DNA of 64,000 nt from Erythrobacteraceae bacterium (GCA_947479055.1 CANJYE010000007.1:19704-83703), one strand, 5' to 3'. Shown: positions 30,511 to 40,494, numbered from the stretch's first letter. Notes: generated from the letters alone by a model not told the origin. Numbers and translations are program-made.

Positions 30511-32904
30511 TCAGTGCGCTGTCTGGGCCGTTGCCGTCCCGGCAGGCAAGTGACCGGGCTGGCTGGCAAGATCGTCCGCTTCGGTCCATTCGATCGGCGC
30601 GGTCATGCTGACCAGCGCCCTTTCGAGCACCTCGTCGACATGGCTGACCGGAATGATCTCCAGCCCTTCGCGGATGTTGTCCGGGATTTCTGCCAGGTCC
30701 TTCCGATTCTCTTCCGGAATGAGCACGGTGCGGATCCCGCCTCGCAGCGCCGCGAGCAGTTTTTCCTTCAGCCCGCCGATCGGCAGGACCCGGCCGCGCA
30801 ACGTAACCTCGCCGGTCATCGCCACATCGGGACGGACCGGAATGCCGGTAAGCGTGGACACAATCGAGGTCACCATGCCGATGCCTGCCGATGGCCCATC
30901 CTTGGGAACCGCGCCTTCGGGCAGATGGATATGGATGTCCTTGCGATTGAAGATCGAAGGGTTGATCCCATAGGCCGGTGCCCGCGCCTTGACGAAGCTG
31001 AAGGCGGTTGAAATGCTCTCGGTCATCACTTCGCCCAGCTTGCCAGTGGTCTTGGCCTGCCCCTTGCCGGGCACTGTGACGCTTTCGATCGTCAGCAGTT
31101 CCCCGCCAACTTCGGTCCAGGCAAGACCGGTGACCGCGCCAACTTGCGCCTCGTCTTCCGACACGCCGTGGCGGAACTTGCGGACGCCAGCATAATCGCC
31201 GAGATTTTCCGATGTGATTGTGACGGACTTGACCTTCTTTTCCAGAATCGCGCGCAGGCTCTTGCGGGCAAGACGGGCGATTTCCCGCTCCAGCGTGCGC
31301 ACCCCGGCTTCGCGGGTGTAGTAGCGGATAAGATCGCGCAGCGCCTCTTCGGTCAGTTCAAATTCGCCCTTCTTCAGGCCATGGGCCTCCACCTGCTTGC
31401 GGATCAGGTGGCGCTGGGCGATCTCGACCTTCTCGTCTTCGGTGTAACCTTCGAGCCGGATGATTTCCATCCGGTCCAGCAGCGGCTGGGGCAGGTTGAG
31501 GCTGTTGGCGGTGGTCACGAACATAACGTCCGACAGGTCGTAATCCAGTTCCAGATAATGGTCCTGGAACTTGGAGTTCTGTTCTGGATCGAGCACTTCA
31601 AGCAGGGCCGAGGCCGGATCGCCCCGGAAATCCTGGCCGAGCTTATCAATCTCGTCGAGCAGGAACAGCGGATTGGAGGTTCCCGCCTTGCGCAGGTTGG
31701 AAATGACCTTGCCCGGCAGCGAGCCGATATAGGTGCGGCGGTGGCCGCGGATTTCGGCCTCGTCGCGCACGCCGCCCAGCGACTGGCGCACGAATTCACG
31801 CCCCGTCGCGCGGGCAATCGACTTGCCTAGCGAGGTCTTGCCGACACCCGGAGGGCCGACGAGGCACAGGATCGGCCCCTTCAGCTTGTTGGTGCGGGCC
31901 TGGACGGCGAGATATTCGACGATCCGGTCCTTGACCTTGTCCAGCGCATAGTGATCCTCGTCGAGGACAGCCTGTGCCTTGGCAATGTCCTTCTTGAGGC
32001 GTGATTTCTTGCCCCAGGGCAGGCCCAGCAGCACATCGAGATAGTTGCGGATGACGGTCGCTTCCGCGCTCATCGGCTGCATCGACTTGAGCTTCTTGAG
32101 CTCGCCCAGGGCCTTGGTCTTGGCTTCGTCCGACATCTTGAGCGATTCGATCTTGCGCTGCAGTTCGGCCAGTTCGTCCGCTTCCTCGCCTTCGCCGCCG
32201 CCCAGTTCGGACTGGATCGCCTTCAGTTGCTCATTGAGATAATATTCGCGCTGGGTCTTTTCCATCTGGCGCTTCACCCGACCGCGGATCTTGCGTTCGA
32301 CCTGCAGGACCGACAGTTCGCCTTCCATGAAGGAATAGACCATTTCCAGCCGCTTGAGCGGATCAAACTCGGTCAGCAGCGCCTGCTTGTCGGAAACCTT
32401 GGCGCTGAGATTGGCGGCAATGGTGTCGGCCAGCTTGGCGGCATCGTCGATCTCGGCCAGCTGCGTACCGAGATCCTCGGGCAGCTTCTTGTTGAGCTTG
32501 GCATATTCGCCGAACTGTTCGACCACGCTGCGCATCATTGCGGAAACTTCGGAACCGGCGGCGGTTTCGGCGTCAAGCACCTCGACCGTGGCAACCACGA
32601 AATCGCGTTCCTCGCGCAGCGTCTCGATCTTCGCGCGGTGATGGCCTTCGACCAGCACGCGAACGGTGCCATCGGGCAGTTTCAGTAGCTGGAGGACCTG
32701 GGCGATCACGCCGACGTCAAACAGATCGTCGCGCGCGGGATCGTCGCAGCCGGGATCGAGCTGGGCGAGCAGGAAGATATCCTTGTCGCCGGCCATCACT
32801 TCTTCAAGCGCGGCCACCGATTTTTCGCGGCCCACGAACAACGGCACGACCATGCCGGGGAAGACGACGATGTCACGCAGGGGCAGGAGGGGAAAGAGGC
32901 TCAT
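30511..32904 (-). CDS. lon: ATP-dependent Lon protease
   Basis: 797 aa with [13 protein letters not shown], Walker [10 protein letters not shown] and the protease Ser motif PKDGPSAG. Confidence 0.96.
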   Translation of the reverse strand: MSLFPLLPLRDIVVFPGMVVPLFVGREKSVAALEEVMAGDKDIFLLAQLDPGCDDPARDDLFDVGVIAQVLQLLKLPDGTVRVLVEGHHRAKIETLREERDFVVATVEVLDAETAAGSEVSAMMRSVVEQFGEYAKLNKKLPEDLGTQLAEIDDAAKLADTIAANLSAKVSDKQALLTEFDPLKRLEMVYSFMEGELSVLQVERKIRGRVKRQMEKTQREYYLNEQLKAIQSELGGGEGEEADELAELQRKIESLKMSDEAKTKALGELKKLKSMQPMSAEATVIRNYLDVLLGLPWGKKSRLKKDIAKAQAVLDEDHYALDKVKDRIVEYLAVQARTNKLKGPILCLVGPPGVGKTSLGKSIARATGREFVRQSLGGVRDEAEIRGHRRTYIGSLPGKVISNLRKAGTSNPLFLLDEIDKLGQDFRGDPASALLEVLDPEQNSKFQDHYLELDYDLSDVMFVTTANSLNLPQPLLDRMEIIRLEGYTEDEKVEIAQRHLIRKQVEAHGLKKGEFELTEEALRDLIRYYTREAGVRTLEREIARLARKSLRAILEKKVKSVTITSENLGDYAGVRKFRHGVSEDEAQVGAVTGLAWTEVGGELLTIESVTVPGKGQAKTTGKLGEVMTESISTAFSFVKARAPAYGINPSIFNRKDIHIHLPEGAVPKDGPSAGIGMVTSIVSTLTGIPVRPDVAMTGEVTLRGRVLPIGGLKEKLLAALRGGIRTVLIPEENRKDLAEIPDNIREGLEIIPVSHVDEVLERALVSMTAPIEWTEADDLASQPGHLPAGTATAQTAH

Positions 32905-32944
32905 GAATGGTCCGTCTGACAGGAGAATACGGGGATTTCACCGA

Positions 32945-32972
32945 ATATGGGGAGCACATTACTGCATCGCAA
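32945..32972 (-). promoter_or_regulatory. sigma-32 (heat shock) type promoter candidate for lon
   Basis: The minus strand reads TTGCGA-N14-CCCCATAT about 40 nt upstream of the lon ATG. It resembles the TTGAAA-N13/14-CCCCATNT consensus. Confidence 0.4.
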
Positions 32973-33188
32973 TGCCCGCAGCGCGCCGCCTGTGGAGGAC
33001 CCAAGGTTGACACAGTTGACACTGTCCAGTGAAAAATCCCCGCCCCACCCCGCAACCCCCGGATTTCCAAGGGTTGCAAGGCTTAAGAGGGTTGATTTCA
33101 CGGGGCCGACCCTAAACCGGGAATGCCGCTGTAGGAAAGCACTGAAGCGAGAGCGGGCAATAGCGGCTGTCGCGTCAGGTCAAAGCGT

Positions 33189-33530
33189 TCAATTCATTCC
33201 CGGAAAATTGAACCCGGGCGGCAGGCCGAGGCCCTGCTGGGCGCGCTGCATTTCGGCGTTGCTGGCCTGGTCGGCCTTGGCCCGCGCATCGTTGAACGCG
33301 GCAGCGACGAGGTCTTCCAGCATCTGCTTTTCCGACGGCGCCATCAGGCTGTCGTCGATCGCCACGGCCACGATCCGGCCCTTGGCTGTGCAGCGGATCT
33401 TCACCAGCCCGCCACCAGAAACGCCTTCGACCTCGACCGAGTCCAGCTTGGCCTGAACCTCGTTCATCTGCTTGCTGATGGTCTCGGCGGCCTGCTGGGC
33501 TGCCGCGATCATCTCTTCCATCGACTTCAT
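33189..33530 (-). CDS. ybaB: YbaB/EbfC family nucleoid-associated protein
   Basis: Start taken at MKSMEEMIAAAQ (33530), directly after the dnaX stop. Typical YbaB core GGGLVKIRCTAKGRIVAVAIDDSL. Confidence 0.88.
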   Translation of the reverse strand: MKSMEEMIAAAQQAAETISKQMNEVQAKLDSVEVEGVSGGGLVKIRCTAKGRIVAVAIDDSLMAPSEKQMLEDLVAAAFNDARAKADQASNAEMQRAQQGLGLPPGFNFPGMN

Positions 33531-35305
33531 GCGCGTTTGCTCCAATTGTTGCGCGCGCCCTGCGGCGCATTGTCTTCATCCACGATCGCGGCCCCGGGAA
33601 AGGCCGCAAAGGCCGCCTCGACCAGCGGGGCACGGCGCAGCGCGGCATCGGCTTCGGCCCTCGCCGCTTCGGCCTGTTCGCGCAGCGAAGGAGCCCCTTC
33701 CCCCTCACCACGCTCGACCTCCCAGCGCTCCCCAGTGGCAGACAGCAGCGCATCGCGCATTTCCGCCGCCGGATCGCCCGAGAAGCCCATTGTCAGCGCA
33801 TAGACAAGACGGCCCGGCTCCAGTTCGATCACCCGTACCCAGTCGCGCATGGTCTGGGCCACCCGCAGATGCCCGGCGGCATCGACCCGTGCCACCAGCC
33901 CGGCCCAATCGACCTGCGCAACAGGCGGCGGAGCGCTTGCGCCGGGGCCCGCCTGGGCCGGAGACGGCGCAAATCCGCCAGCCGCCATTTCCTCCAGCTT
34001 TTTCGCCAGAGTGCCAGGATCGGGCATGTCGGCAGCGTACATCACCCGCAGCAGCGCCATCTGCGCGGCCACCAGTGGATCGGGCGCATTGCGCACTTCG
34101 TCATGGCCCTTCAGCAGCAATTGCCACAAGCGGTGCAACTGGCCGGGCGAAAGCTGGCCCGCCCATTGTTCGATCACCGCGCGCTCTTCGGCGGTGGGGG
34201 CATCGGCCCCGCTCCTGCCGATCTGGGCCACGGTGATGCGATGGGTCAGGTCCATCAGTCCGCGCAGCAACGCCAGCGGCTCCACCCCCAGAGCATATTG
34301 CCGGGCCACCCCATCCAGCAGCGCGGGCGCATCACCGGCCAGGAGCGCGGCATAGAGTCCGCGCTGCGCGCTCTTGTCAGCCAGACCCAGCATGTCGCGG
34401 ACGCGATCGGCCGTCACCTGGCCATCCGCATCGAGATCGGCATGGGCAATCGCCTGGTCGAGGATCGACAGGCCATCGCGGACCGAGCCTTCGGCGGCCC
34501 CGGCGATCATCGCCAGCGCCTCGTCCTCGGCGACGACGCCTTCCTTGTCACAAATCCCGGCAAAATGATCGCGCAACATCGGCGTGGCGATCCGGCGCAG
34601 GTCGAAGCGCTGGCAGCGCGACAGCACGGTGACCGGCAGCTTGTCCGCCTCGGTGGTGGCGAACAGGAATTTCACATGCGGCGGAGGTTCCTCAAGTGTC
34701 TTGAGCAAGGCATTGAATGCATTGCGCGACAGCATGTGAACTTCGTCGATGATATAGATCTTGTAGCGCGCCGAAACGGCGGAATAGCGCACCGCCTCGA
34801 TGATTTCGCGAACATCGTCCACGCCTGTATGGCTGGCCGCGTCCATCTCGATCACGTCGATATGGCGCCCTTCGGCAATGGCGACGCAAGGCTCGCACAC
34901 CCCGCAGGGGTTGATGGTCGGCCCGCCCTCGCCGTCCGGGCCGATGCAGTTCAGCGCCTTGGCGATCAGCCGCGCGGTGGAGGTCTTGCCCACCCCGCGC
35001 ACCCCGGTCATCAGGAAGGCATGAGCCAGCCGTTCCCGCTCGATCGCATTGGCGAGAGTGCGGACCATCGCTTCCTGCCCGATCAGCTCGGCAAAGGTCT
35101 GCGGACGGTATTTGCGCGCCAGCACGCGATAGGGTTGGGACGCGGCGGGCTTAGGCGCAATGGCCGCTTTTGCGGCAGGCGGCGCGGGTTCGGGCGCGCC
35201 GAACAGCGCGGATTGCCCGGCAGCTTCCAGCTCGGCGGCAGTCGGCTGCGGCTCGTCCCCCTCCGGCGGGAGGGGATCGCCGAACATGTCAGTGGATTCG
35301 CCCAT
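33527..35305 (-). CDS. dnaX: DNA polymerase III subunit tau/gamma
   Basis: 592 aa with clamp-loader motifs GVRGVGKTSTARL, the zinc module NCIGPDGEGGPTINPCGVCEPC, and DEVHMLS. Confidence 0.93.
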   Translation of the reverse strand: MGESTDMFGDPLPPEGDEPQPTAAELEAAGQSALFGAPEPAPPAAKAAIAPKPAASQPYRVLARKYRPQTFAELIGQEAMVRTLANAIERERLAHAFLMTGVRGVGKTSTARLIAKALNCIGPDGEGGPTINPCGVCEPCVAIAEGRHIDVIEMDAASHTGVDDVREIIEAVRYSAVSARYKIYIIDEVHMLSRNAFNALLKTLEEPPPHVKFLFATTEADKLPVTVLSRCQRFDLRRIATPMLRDHFAGICDKEGVVAEDEALAMIAGAAEGSVRDGLSILDQAIAHADLDADGQVTADRVRDMLGLADKSAQRGLYAALLAGDAPALLDGVARQYALGVEPLALLRGLMDLTHRITVAQIGRSGADAPTAEERAVIEQWAGQLSPGQLHRLWQLLLKGHDEVRNAPDPLVAAQMALLRVMYAADMPDPGTLAKKLEEMAAGGFAPSPAQAGPGASAPPPVAQVDWAGLVARVDAAGHLRVAQTMRDWVRVIELEPGRLVYALTMGFSGDPAAEMRDALLSATGERWEVERGEGEGAPSLREQAEAARAEADAALRRAPLVEAAFAAFPGAAIVDEDNAPQGARNNWSKRA

Positions 35306-35350
35306 GGAGGCTTAACTAGGCGTTCCGTGGCAAATGGCGAAGGGGAAAAA

Positions 35351-35436
35351 GGAGCCGGGCGACCCGCCGCAATCCGTTGTGGCTGCTTCCTTCCGGACCT
35401 GACCAGGTTGGCGAACGCAAACGTCCACCCGACTCC
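35351..35436 (-). ncRNA. ffs: signal recognition particle RNA (4.5S, small bacterial type)
   Basis: The minus strand contains the conserved domain IV sequence CCUGGUCAGGUCCGGAAGGAAGCAGCC. The ends GGAGUCGGGUGG / CGGGUCGCCCGGCUCC pair into a long helix, followed by a U-run. It sits upstream of dnaX, as in many bacteria. Boundaries are +/-5 nt. Confidence 0.8.
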
Positions 35437-35508
35437 CGGCGCGGCATATGGCGAGGAGAGCGCTGGATTGCAAGCGCATCGTCCCGGGCCTGGCCCGGTA
35501 TGGCGTGT

Positions 35509-35787
35509 TCAGCGGAAATTGTCGGCGTAGGCCTGGAGCTTGAGCTTGCGCGGCGGGGTGGCGTGGACCTGCGCGGCGATGCCGTGGCGGTCGGCATAGG
35601 CCTGCGCTTCGGCCTGGCTGGCGAATCTGAGCGTGACCTGCGCCTGCATGTCGCCGCTCCCGGCCCAGCCCATCAGCGGATCGGCCTTCTTCGCTTCGGC
35701 CGGGGCGAATTCGAGCAGCCACTGGTCGAGCAGGGCCTTGCCGGACTGCATGGCGTTTTTCGGGCGTTGATAGATGCGAGCGGTCAT
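35509..35787 (-). CDS. ETC complex I subunit conserved region protein (NDUFS4-like)
   Basis: Start at MTARIYQRPKNAMQSG (35787). The motifs WLLEF, PLMGWAGSGD and LRFASQAEAQAYA are typical of the alphaproteobacterial NDUFS4 homologue. Confidence 0.8.
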   Translation of the reverse strand: MTARIYQRPKNAMQSGKALLDQWLLEFAPAEAKKADPLMGWAGSGDMQAQVTLRFASQAEAQAYADRHGIAAQVHATPPRKLKLQAYADNFR

Positions 35788-35830
35788 GGGCTTGCCCTGT
35801 CGCGAATCGAGCGTGAAATCAAGATTGCTT

Positions 35831-36050
35831 TTGTTGTTGCCCCTCAAGCGCCGGGCGCGGCCCATCCGGGCCGCTTGGCTTTCCTCGCATAAGCTCGCGC
35901 GCGCGTTCGCGCTTGCGGTCGGCTGGTGCCGACCGGTTTGGATTGTTGTTGCCCCTCAAGCGCCGGGCGCGGCCCATCCGGGCCGCTTGGCTTTCCTCGC
36001 ATAAGCTCGGGCGCGCGTTCGCGCTTGCGGTCGGCTGCCGCCGACCGGTT
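35831..36050. repeat. 112-bp period tandem direct repeat, two copies
   Basis: Copy 1 is 35831..35938 and copy 2 is 35943..36050, each about 108 nt and nearly identical with about 4 substitutions. Each copy carries the GC hairpins GCGGCCC-ATCC-GGGCCGC and CGGTCGGC-N4-GCCGACCG. Confidence 0.85.
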
Positions 36051-36062
36051 GGTCAGTTGCGG

Positions 36063-36334
36063 TTAGAGCACTTTCCGACCAATCCGGATCGCCGGGACGG
36101 AGCCGATTTTGGCCCAGTGCAAGAAGCGAGGAGGGAGCTATGCGCACATATAGTGACCGACGAGCGACGCCGCATTGGGCCAAAAGCGGCCCGCCGCTGC
36201 GCGGTTGGCTGGAGCAGGCCGCTGGCAGCGTTGCAGCCCTTGCAGGGGCAACCAGCCCCTGCCGCGCGCTGCTTCTCGCCAGCGGCCTGCTCCAGCCAAT
36301 CACGGCGACCCGGATTGGTCGGAAAGTGCTCTAA
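36063..36334. mobile_element. MITE-like / highly structured 272-bp element bounded by 32-bp terminal inverted repeats
   Basis: Left arm TTAGAGCACTTTCCGACCAATCCGGATCGCCG (36063..36094) matches the reverse complement of 36303..36334 at 31 of 32 positions. Two internal long hairpins have arms at 36107..36120/36172..36185 and a perfect 22-bp pair at 36205..36226/36278..36299. No transposase is present. Confidence 0.5.
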
Positions 36335-38744
36335 GCGCGTTCTTCGTCTTGAGGCTGGGCACTTCCGTCCATGGTTCGTCCGGCCAGCGGTGGCGGGGGT
36401 AGCGGCCTTTCATGTCCCTGGCCACGTCGCGCCAGCTGCCCCGCCAGAAACCGGGCAGGTCTCGCGTGGCCTGGATCGGGCGGGCGGCCGGGCTGGTCAG
36501 TTGCAGCAGCAGCGGCGTGCTGCCGATCATCGGATGACGGTCCAGCCCGAACAGCGCCTGCACCCGCAGTTCCACCGCAGGTCCGCCGTCATGGGCATAA
36601 TCGATGGCATGGGCGGTGCCTGCCGGGCTGGTGAATTCACGCGGGGCGACCCGATCCAGCGTCTGGCGCGCGTCCCAGTCGAGCCGATTGAGCAACGCCT
36701 CGGTCACCGCGCCGCGCGGCAGATCGCAATCGCGCCGCCCGGCCAGCAGCGGGGCAAGCCAGTCCGCCGCCTCGTCCGCCAGCACTTCGGGCGCCAGCGC
36801 CGCGATCCCGGCATGGCGCGCGCGGGCGATCAGCGCGGGCGGGAGGAGCTGGTCGAGCTGTTTCACCGCCTGTTCGAGCAGGATCGCCGCGATCGCCTGC
36901 GGATCGGGCGACGGGTCCGGCCCGCTGGCCAGCGTGATCGCGCCCAGCCGCCGTTCGAGCCGCGCCTCGACCCGGCCTTCGGCTGCGTTCCAGCGGGCAG
37001 TATGGCGGCGCTCGATCCGCTCGCCCAGCCATTGCTCGACCTCAGCCGTGTCCAGCGCCAGCGCGGCGCTGATCCGGGCGGAGCGGGCCTGCCCCTGCGC
37101 ATCGCCGATCACCAGCCACTCGGCCCGCGCCAGCGACGATGCGGGATCGAGCGCATAGCCCCTGCCCCCGGCGGACAGCCAGCTTTCGCCCGAACCATCG
37201 CGCCTGCGGGCAAGATTGTCGGGCAGCCCGGCGGCGAGCAGGATGGCCGCAGGAGGTGCATCCGGACTGCGTCGTTCGACCAGTTTTTCCGCCCGCCGCG
37301 CCCAGCCATCGGCCAGCTTGCGCGAAGCTTCGGCGCGGGGGGAGCGGTCGGCGGTCCAGCGCGCAAGCCGCTGGGCGAGATCTTCGCCCCGCCCGCCCAG
37401 CCCGCGTTCCTGCAATAGCAGCGCCAACCGCGCCGCCTCGCGCGCGGCGCCATGTTCCGCCCCGAACAGCACCATCGCGGCGAGCGGCGGTTCCATCGGC
37501 AATTGCGCGAGCTGGCGGCCCCGCGCGGTGATGTGGAACTCTGCGTCCAGCGCGTCCAACGCCTGCAACCGCCCGCGCGCCGCCGCCAGCGCGGGGGCGG
37601 GCGGCGGATCGATCCAGGGCAGCGCCAGCGGTTCGCCCGCGCCCCATTGCGCCAGCGTCAGCGTCAGCGCAGCAAGATCGGCGGTCAGCATTTCCGGCGG
37701 GTCGAACCCGGCCCGTCCGGGATGGGCCGCTTCCTCCCACAGTCGATAGGCCACGCCCGGCCCCTGCCTCGCCGCGCGGCCCGCCCGCTGGGCGGCGGCG
37801 GCCTGGCTGGCGCGGGTGGTGACCAGGTGAGTGACGCCCGCAGCCACGTCGAATTCCGCCCGGCGCGAAAGGCCGGCATCGACCACTACCGACACGCCAT
37901 CGAGCGTCAGCGAAGTTTCGGCTATGGCGGTAGCCAGCACGATCCGGCGGCGGCCATCCGGGTCACGCCGGATCGCGGCGCGCTGGGCAGCGGGCTCGAT
38001 CTGGCCATGCAGCGGCAGGATCGGCACGCCGTGGAGCTTTTGCGCCAGCCGTTCCGCCGTCCGCTCGATCTCGCGAACGCCGGGAAGGAAGGCGAGGATA
38101 TCGCCCTGCTCCTCGCGCCAGGCGGTGAGAATCGCGCTGGCCATGGCGTCCTCCACCCGCAGTTCGGGCCGCGAGCCGAGCCAGCGGATGGCGAGCGGAT
38201 GCGCTTTGCCCGCGCTTTCGATCACGGGTGCGCCATCACCCAGCAGCCGGGCGAAGCGAGCGCCATCGATGGTGGCGGACATCACCAGCACGCGCAAATT
38301 CTCGCGCAGCACCGCCTGGCTTTCCAGCGCCAGCGCGAGGCCAAGGTCGCTGTCGAGATGGCGCTCATGCGCTTCGTCGAACAGCACTGCGCTGACACCG
38401 AACAGTTCCGGATCATCGATGATGGTCGCAACGAAAATCGCCTCGGTCATCACCAGCACGCGGGTAGCGGCAGAACGCTTCGAATCGAGCCGGGTCAGAT
38501 AGCCGATCTTCTGCCCGACCGGCTCGCCCAGCAATTCGGCCATTCGTTCAGCAGCAGCCCGGGCGGTCACCCGACGCGGACTGAGCAAGATGACCATGCC
38601 CTTGCACCACTCCTCGCCGATCAGCGCGGGCGCAACCGCAGTGGTCTTGCCCGCGCCCGGCGGGGCGATCAGCACGGCGGCGTTGCGCGTGGCCAATGCG
38701 CAGAGCAGTTCGGGCAGCACCGTGTGAATGGGAAGGTCGGTCAT
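36300..38744 (-). CDS. hrpB: ATP-dependent RNA helicase HrpB (DEAH box)
   Basis: Start taken at MTDLPIHTVLPELL (38744), which matches the usual HrpB N-terminus. Contains APPGAGKTT, DEAHER and the C-terminal HrpB domain. The last 11 codons lie in the right TIR of the element at 36063..36334. Confidence 0.88.
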   Translation of the reverse strand: MTDLPIHTVLPELLCALATRNAAVLIAPPGAGKTTAVAPALIGEEWCKGMVILLSPRRVTARAAAERMAELLGEPVGQKIGYLTRLDSKRSAATRVLVMTEAIFVATIIDDPELFGVSAVLFDEAHERHLDSDLGLALALESQAVLRENLRVLVMSATIDGARFARLLGDGAPVIESAGKAHPLAIRWLGSRPELRVEDAMASAILTAWREEQGDILAFLPGVREIERTAERLAQKLHGVPILPLHGQIEPAAQRAAIRRDPDGRRRIVLATAIAETSLTLDGVSVVVDAGLSRRAEFDVAAGVTHLVTTRASQAAAAQRAGRAARQGPGVAYRLWEEAAHPGRAGFDPPEMLTADLAALTLTLAQWGAGEPLALPWIDPPPAPALAAARGRLQALDALDAEFHITARGRQLAQLPMEPPLAAMVLFGAEHGAAREAARLALLLQERGLGGRGEDLAQRLARWTADRSPRAEASRKLADGWARRAEKLVERRSPDAPPAAILLAAGLPDNLARRRDGSGESWLSAGGRGYALDPASSLARAEWLVIGDAQGQARSARISAALALDTAEVEQWLGERIERRHTARWNAAEGRVEARLERRLGAITLASGPDPSPDPQAIAAILLEQAVKQLDQLLPPALIARARHAGIAALAPEVLADEAADWLAPLLAGRRDCDLPRGAVTEALLNRLDWDARQTLDRVAPREFTSPAGTAHAIDYAHDGGPAVELRVQALFGLDRHPMIGSTPLLLQLTSPAARPIQATRDLPGFWRGSWRDVARDMKGRYPRHRWPDEPWTEVPSLKTKNALRALSDQSGSP

Positions 38745-38856
38745 CGGGCGAAGGCATTGCCGCGCGGCGGGCAAGTTTCAAGCGCAATCACCAGATGCGC
38801 CGGACGCGCAATCGTGGTAAGAAGGGGTACCCGCAAATGGAAGGAGGAGACCTCCG

Positions 38857-39447
38857 ATGACTTTGCTGCGTACCACCCTCATCGTTACCGCAACCGCCGC
38901 GCTCGGGCTTGCCGCCTGCTCTCCGGCGAAAACCGCCAAGGATACCGGGGAGAGCACTGCCGCCCAGCCAGCCGAACCGGCGAAGAACCCGATCAACAGC
39001 GCCATGTCGGCAGCCCCGCAAACGGTCGGCGCGAATGCCACCATTGTCACTGCCGCCGCCGATGGCACGATGACGACCCTGCGCAAGGGCACCAACGGCT
39101 TCACCTGCATGCCCGACAACCCAGTCACGCCGGGTGCCGATCCGATGTGCATGGATGCCAATGCGCTGCAGTGGGGCATGGCGTGGATGACACATGCCCC
39201 GCCGCCGCAGGACATGCCCGGCATCATGTACATGCTGTCCGGCGGGACCGATGCCAGCAACACCGATCCATTCGCCAGGAAGCCCACCTCGGGCGCGGAC
39301 TGGATTCAGACCGGCCCGCACGTGATGCTGGTGGGTTCGGCCAAGGCGCTCAAGGGCTATCCGTCAGGGCCAGACCCCGATCCGAGCGCGCCTTACGTCA
39401 TGTGGGCAGGCACGCCCTATGCCCATCTGATGATCCCGGTTGGCTGA
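38857..39447 (+). CDS. lipoprotein, hypothetical
   Basis: ATG follows GGAAGGAGGAG. Lipobox LAAC. 196 aa with no recognised domain. Confidence 0.65.
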   Translation: MTLLRTTLIVTATAALGLAACSPAKTAKDTGESTAAQPAEPAKNPINSAMSAAPQTVGANATIVTAAADGTMTTLRKGTNGFTCMPDNPVTPGADPMCMDANALQWGMAWMTHAPPPQDMPGIMYMLSGGTDASNTDPFARKPTSGADWIQTGPHVMLVGSAKALKGYPSGPDPDPSAPYVMWAGTPYAHLMIPVG

Positions 39448-39462
39448 GCCCCCCGCGAGCGG

Positions 39463-40494
39463 TCAGTATCCCCGGCTGACCGCGAAGCGCGCTGCTTCGG
39501 TCATCGCCGAGCGGGCCTTGCCTTCGGGGAAGATCGACAGAGCGTCGATCGCCCGCTCGGCATAATGGCGGGCGCGGTCGCGCGTGGCGGCAACCGTGCC
39601 GTGCTGGCGGATCAGCGAGACCGCGTGGGCCAGATCCTCGTCCTCGGTGCGGAAACCGGCGATGGCATCGCGCCAGAACTGGCGTTCTTCCTCATTGCCA
39701 CGGGCATAGGCCAGAATCACCGGCAAGGTCATCTTGCCTTCGCGGAAATCGTCGCCCCGGTCCTTGCCCATGTCGGCCGCGCCGGTGTCATAGTCGATCG
39801 CATCGTCCACCAGCTGGAAGGCGACGCCCAGGTTGCGACCGTAATCGTCCAGCGCGCGCTCTTCCGCCTCGCCGCATTCGGCCACCACGGCGGCGATCCG
39901 GCTGGCGGCGGCGAACAGCGCGGCGGTCTTCGCGCCGATGATGTGGAGATAGCGGTCCTCGCTCGTCTCGATATGGCGCTGGGCGGTCAATTGGTCGACT
40001 TCTCCCTGCGCGATGATCGCGGAAGCCCCGGCGAGGATCTTCAGCACCTTGAGGCTGCCGTCTTCCACCATCAACTCGAACGCGCGGGAAAACAGGAAAT
40101 CACCGACCAGCACCGTCGCCGGGTTGCCGAAGACGATATTGGCCGTCTGCTTGCCCCGGCGGGTCTCGGAACCATCGACCACATCGTCATGCAACAGCGT
40201 GGCGGTGTGGATGAATTCCACAGCGGCGGCGAGCTTGTGGTGGCGGGCACCATGATAGCCGACCAGCTCCGCCCCGGCCAGCGTCAGCATCGGCCGCATC
40301 CGCTTGCCGCCACCGGCGATCAGATGGCCCGCAAGCGCGGGAATCAGCGGAATTTCGCTCTGCATCCGGTCAAGAATGACGGCGTTCACGCTGTTCATCG
40401 CCTGGGCGGTCAGCGACAGGATCGGACCCAGCGAAGCTTCGCTGCGCGGTGTAGACGGCTCGCTGCGCGGCAGGGGAATGACGTCGGCGCTCAT
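39463..40494 (-). CDS. ispB: polyprenyl (octaprenyl-type) diphosphate synthase
   Basis: Two Asp-rich motifs, LLHDDVVDGS and DDAIDY. The start is uncertain (40494, 40506 or 40518; the long ORF start at 40638 is unlikely). Confidence 0.85.
   Translation of the reverse strand: MSADVIPLPRSEPSTPRSEASLGPILSLTAQAMNSVNAVILDRMQSEIPLIPALAGHLIAGGGKRMRPMLTLAGAELVGYHGARHHKLAAAVEFIHTATLLHDDVVDGSETRRGKQTANIVFGNPATVLVGDFLFSRAFELMVEDGSLKVLKILAGASAIIAQGEVDQLTAQRHIETSEDRYLHIIGAKTAALFAAASRIAAVVAECGEAEERALDDYGRNLGVAFQLVDDAIDYDTGAADMGKDRGDDFREGKMTLPVILAYARGNEEERQFWRDAIAGFRTEDEDLAHAVSLIRQHGTVAATRDRARHYAERAIDALSIFPEGKARSAMTEAARFAVSRGY

Noticed and set aside
33998-34004. G AAA AAG sequence in dnaX at about codon 434, near the relative position of the E. 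coli tau/gamma frameshift site
   Set aside because: It is not a full A AAA AAG heptamer. The -1 frame stays open for more than 60 codons instead of terminating immediately. Alphaproteobacteria (Caulobacter) are known to make gamma by proteolysis rather than frameshifting.
33869-35530. 553-aa plus-strand ORF; similar cases at 37452..39479, 36604..37158, 5205..6047 and 14699..16642
   Set aside because: All are antisense to strongly supported genes (dnaX, hrpB, kup, bamA) and have low-complexity Arg/Gly/Pro-rich translations.
36140-36334. 64-codon ORF with a strong SD inside the TIR element, considered as a CDS feature
   Set aside because: Most of its length is made of hairpin arms and it overlaps the hrpB 3' end. 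The Ala/Arg/Gly-rich translation looks non-coding. It is kept only as a note within the element finding.
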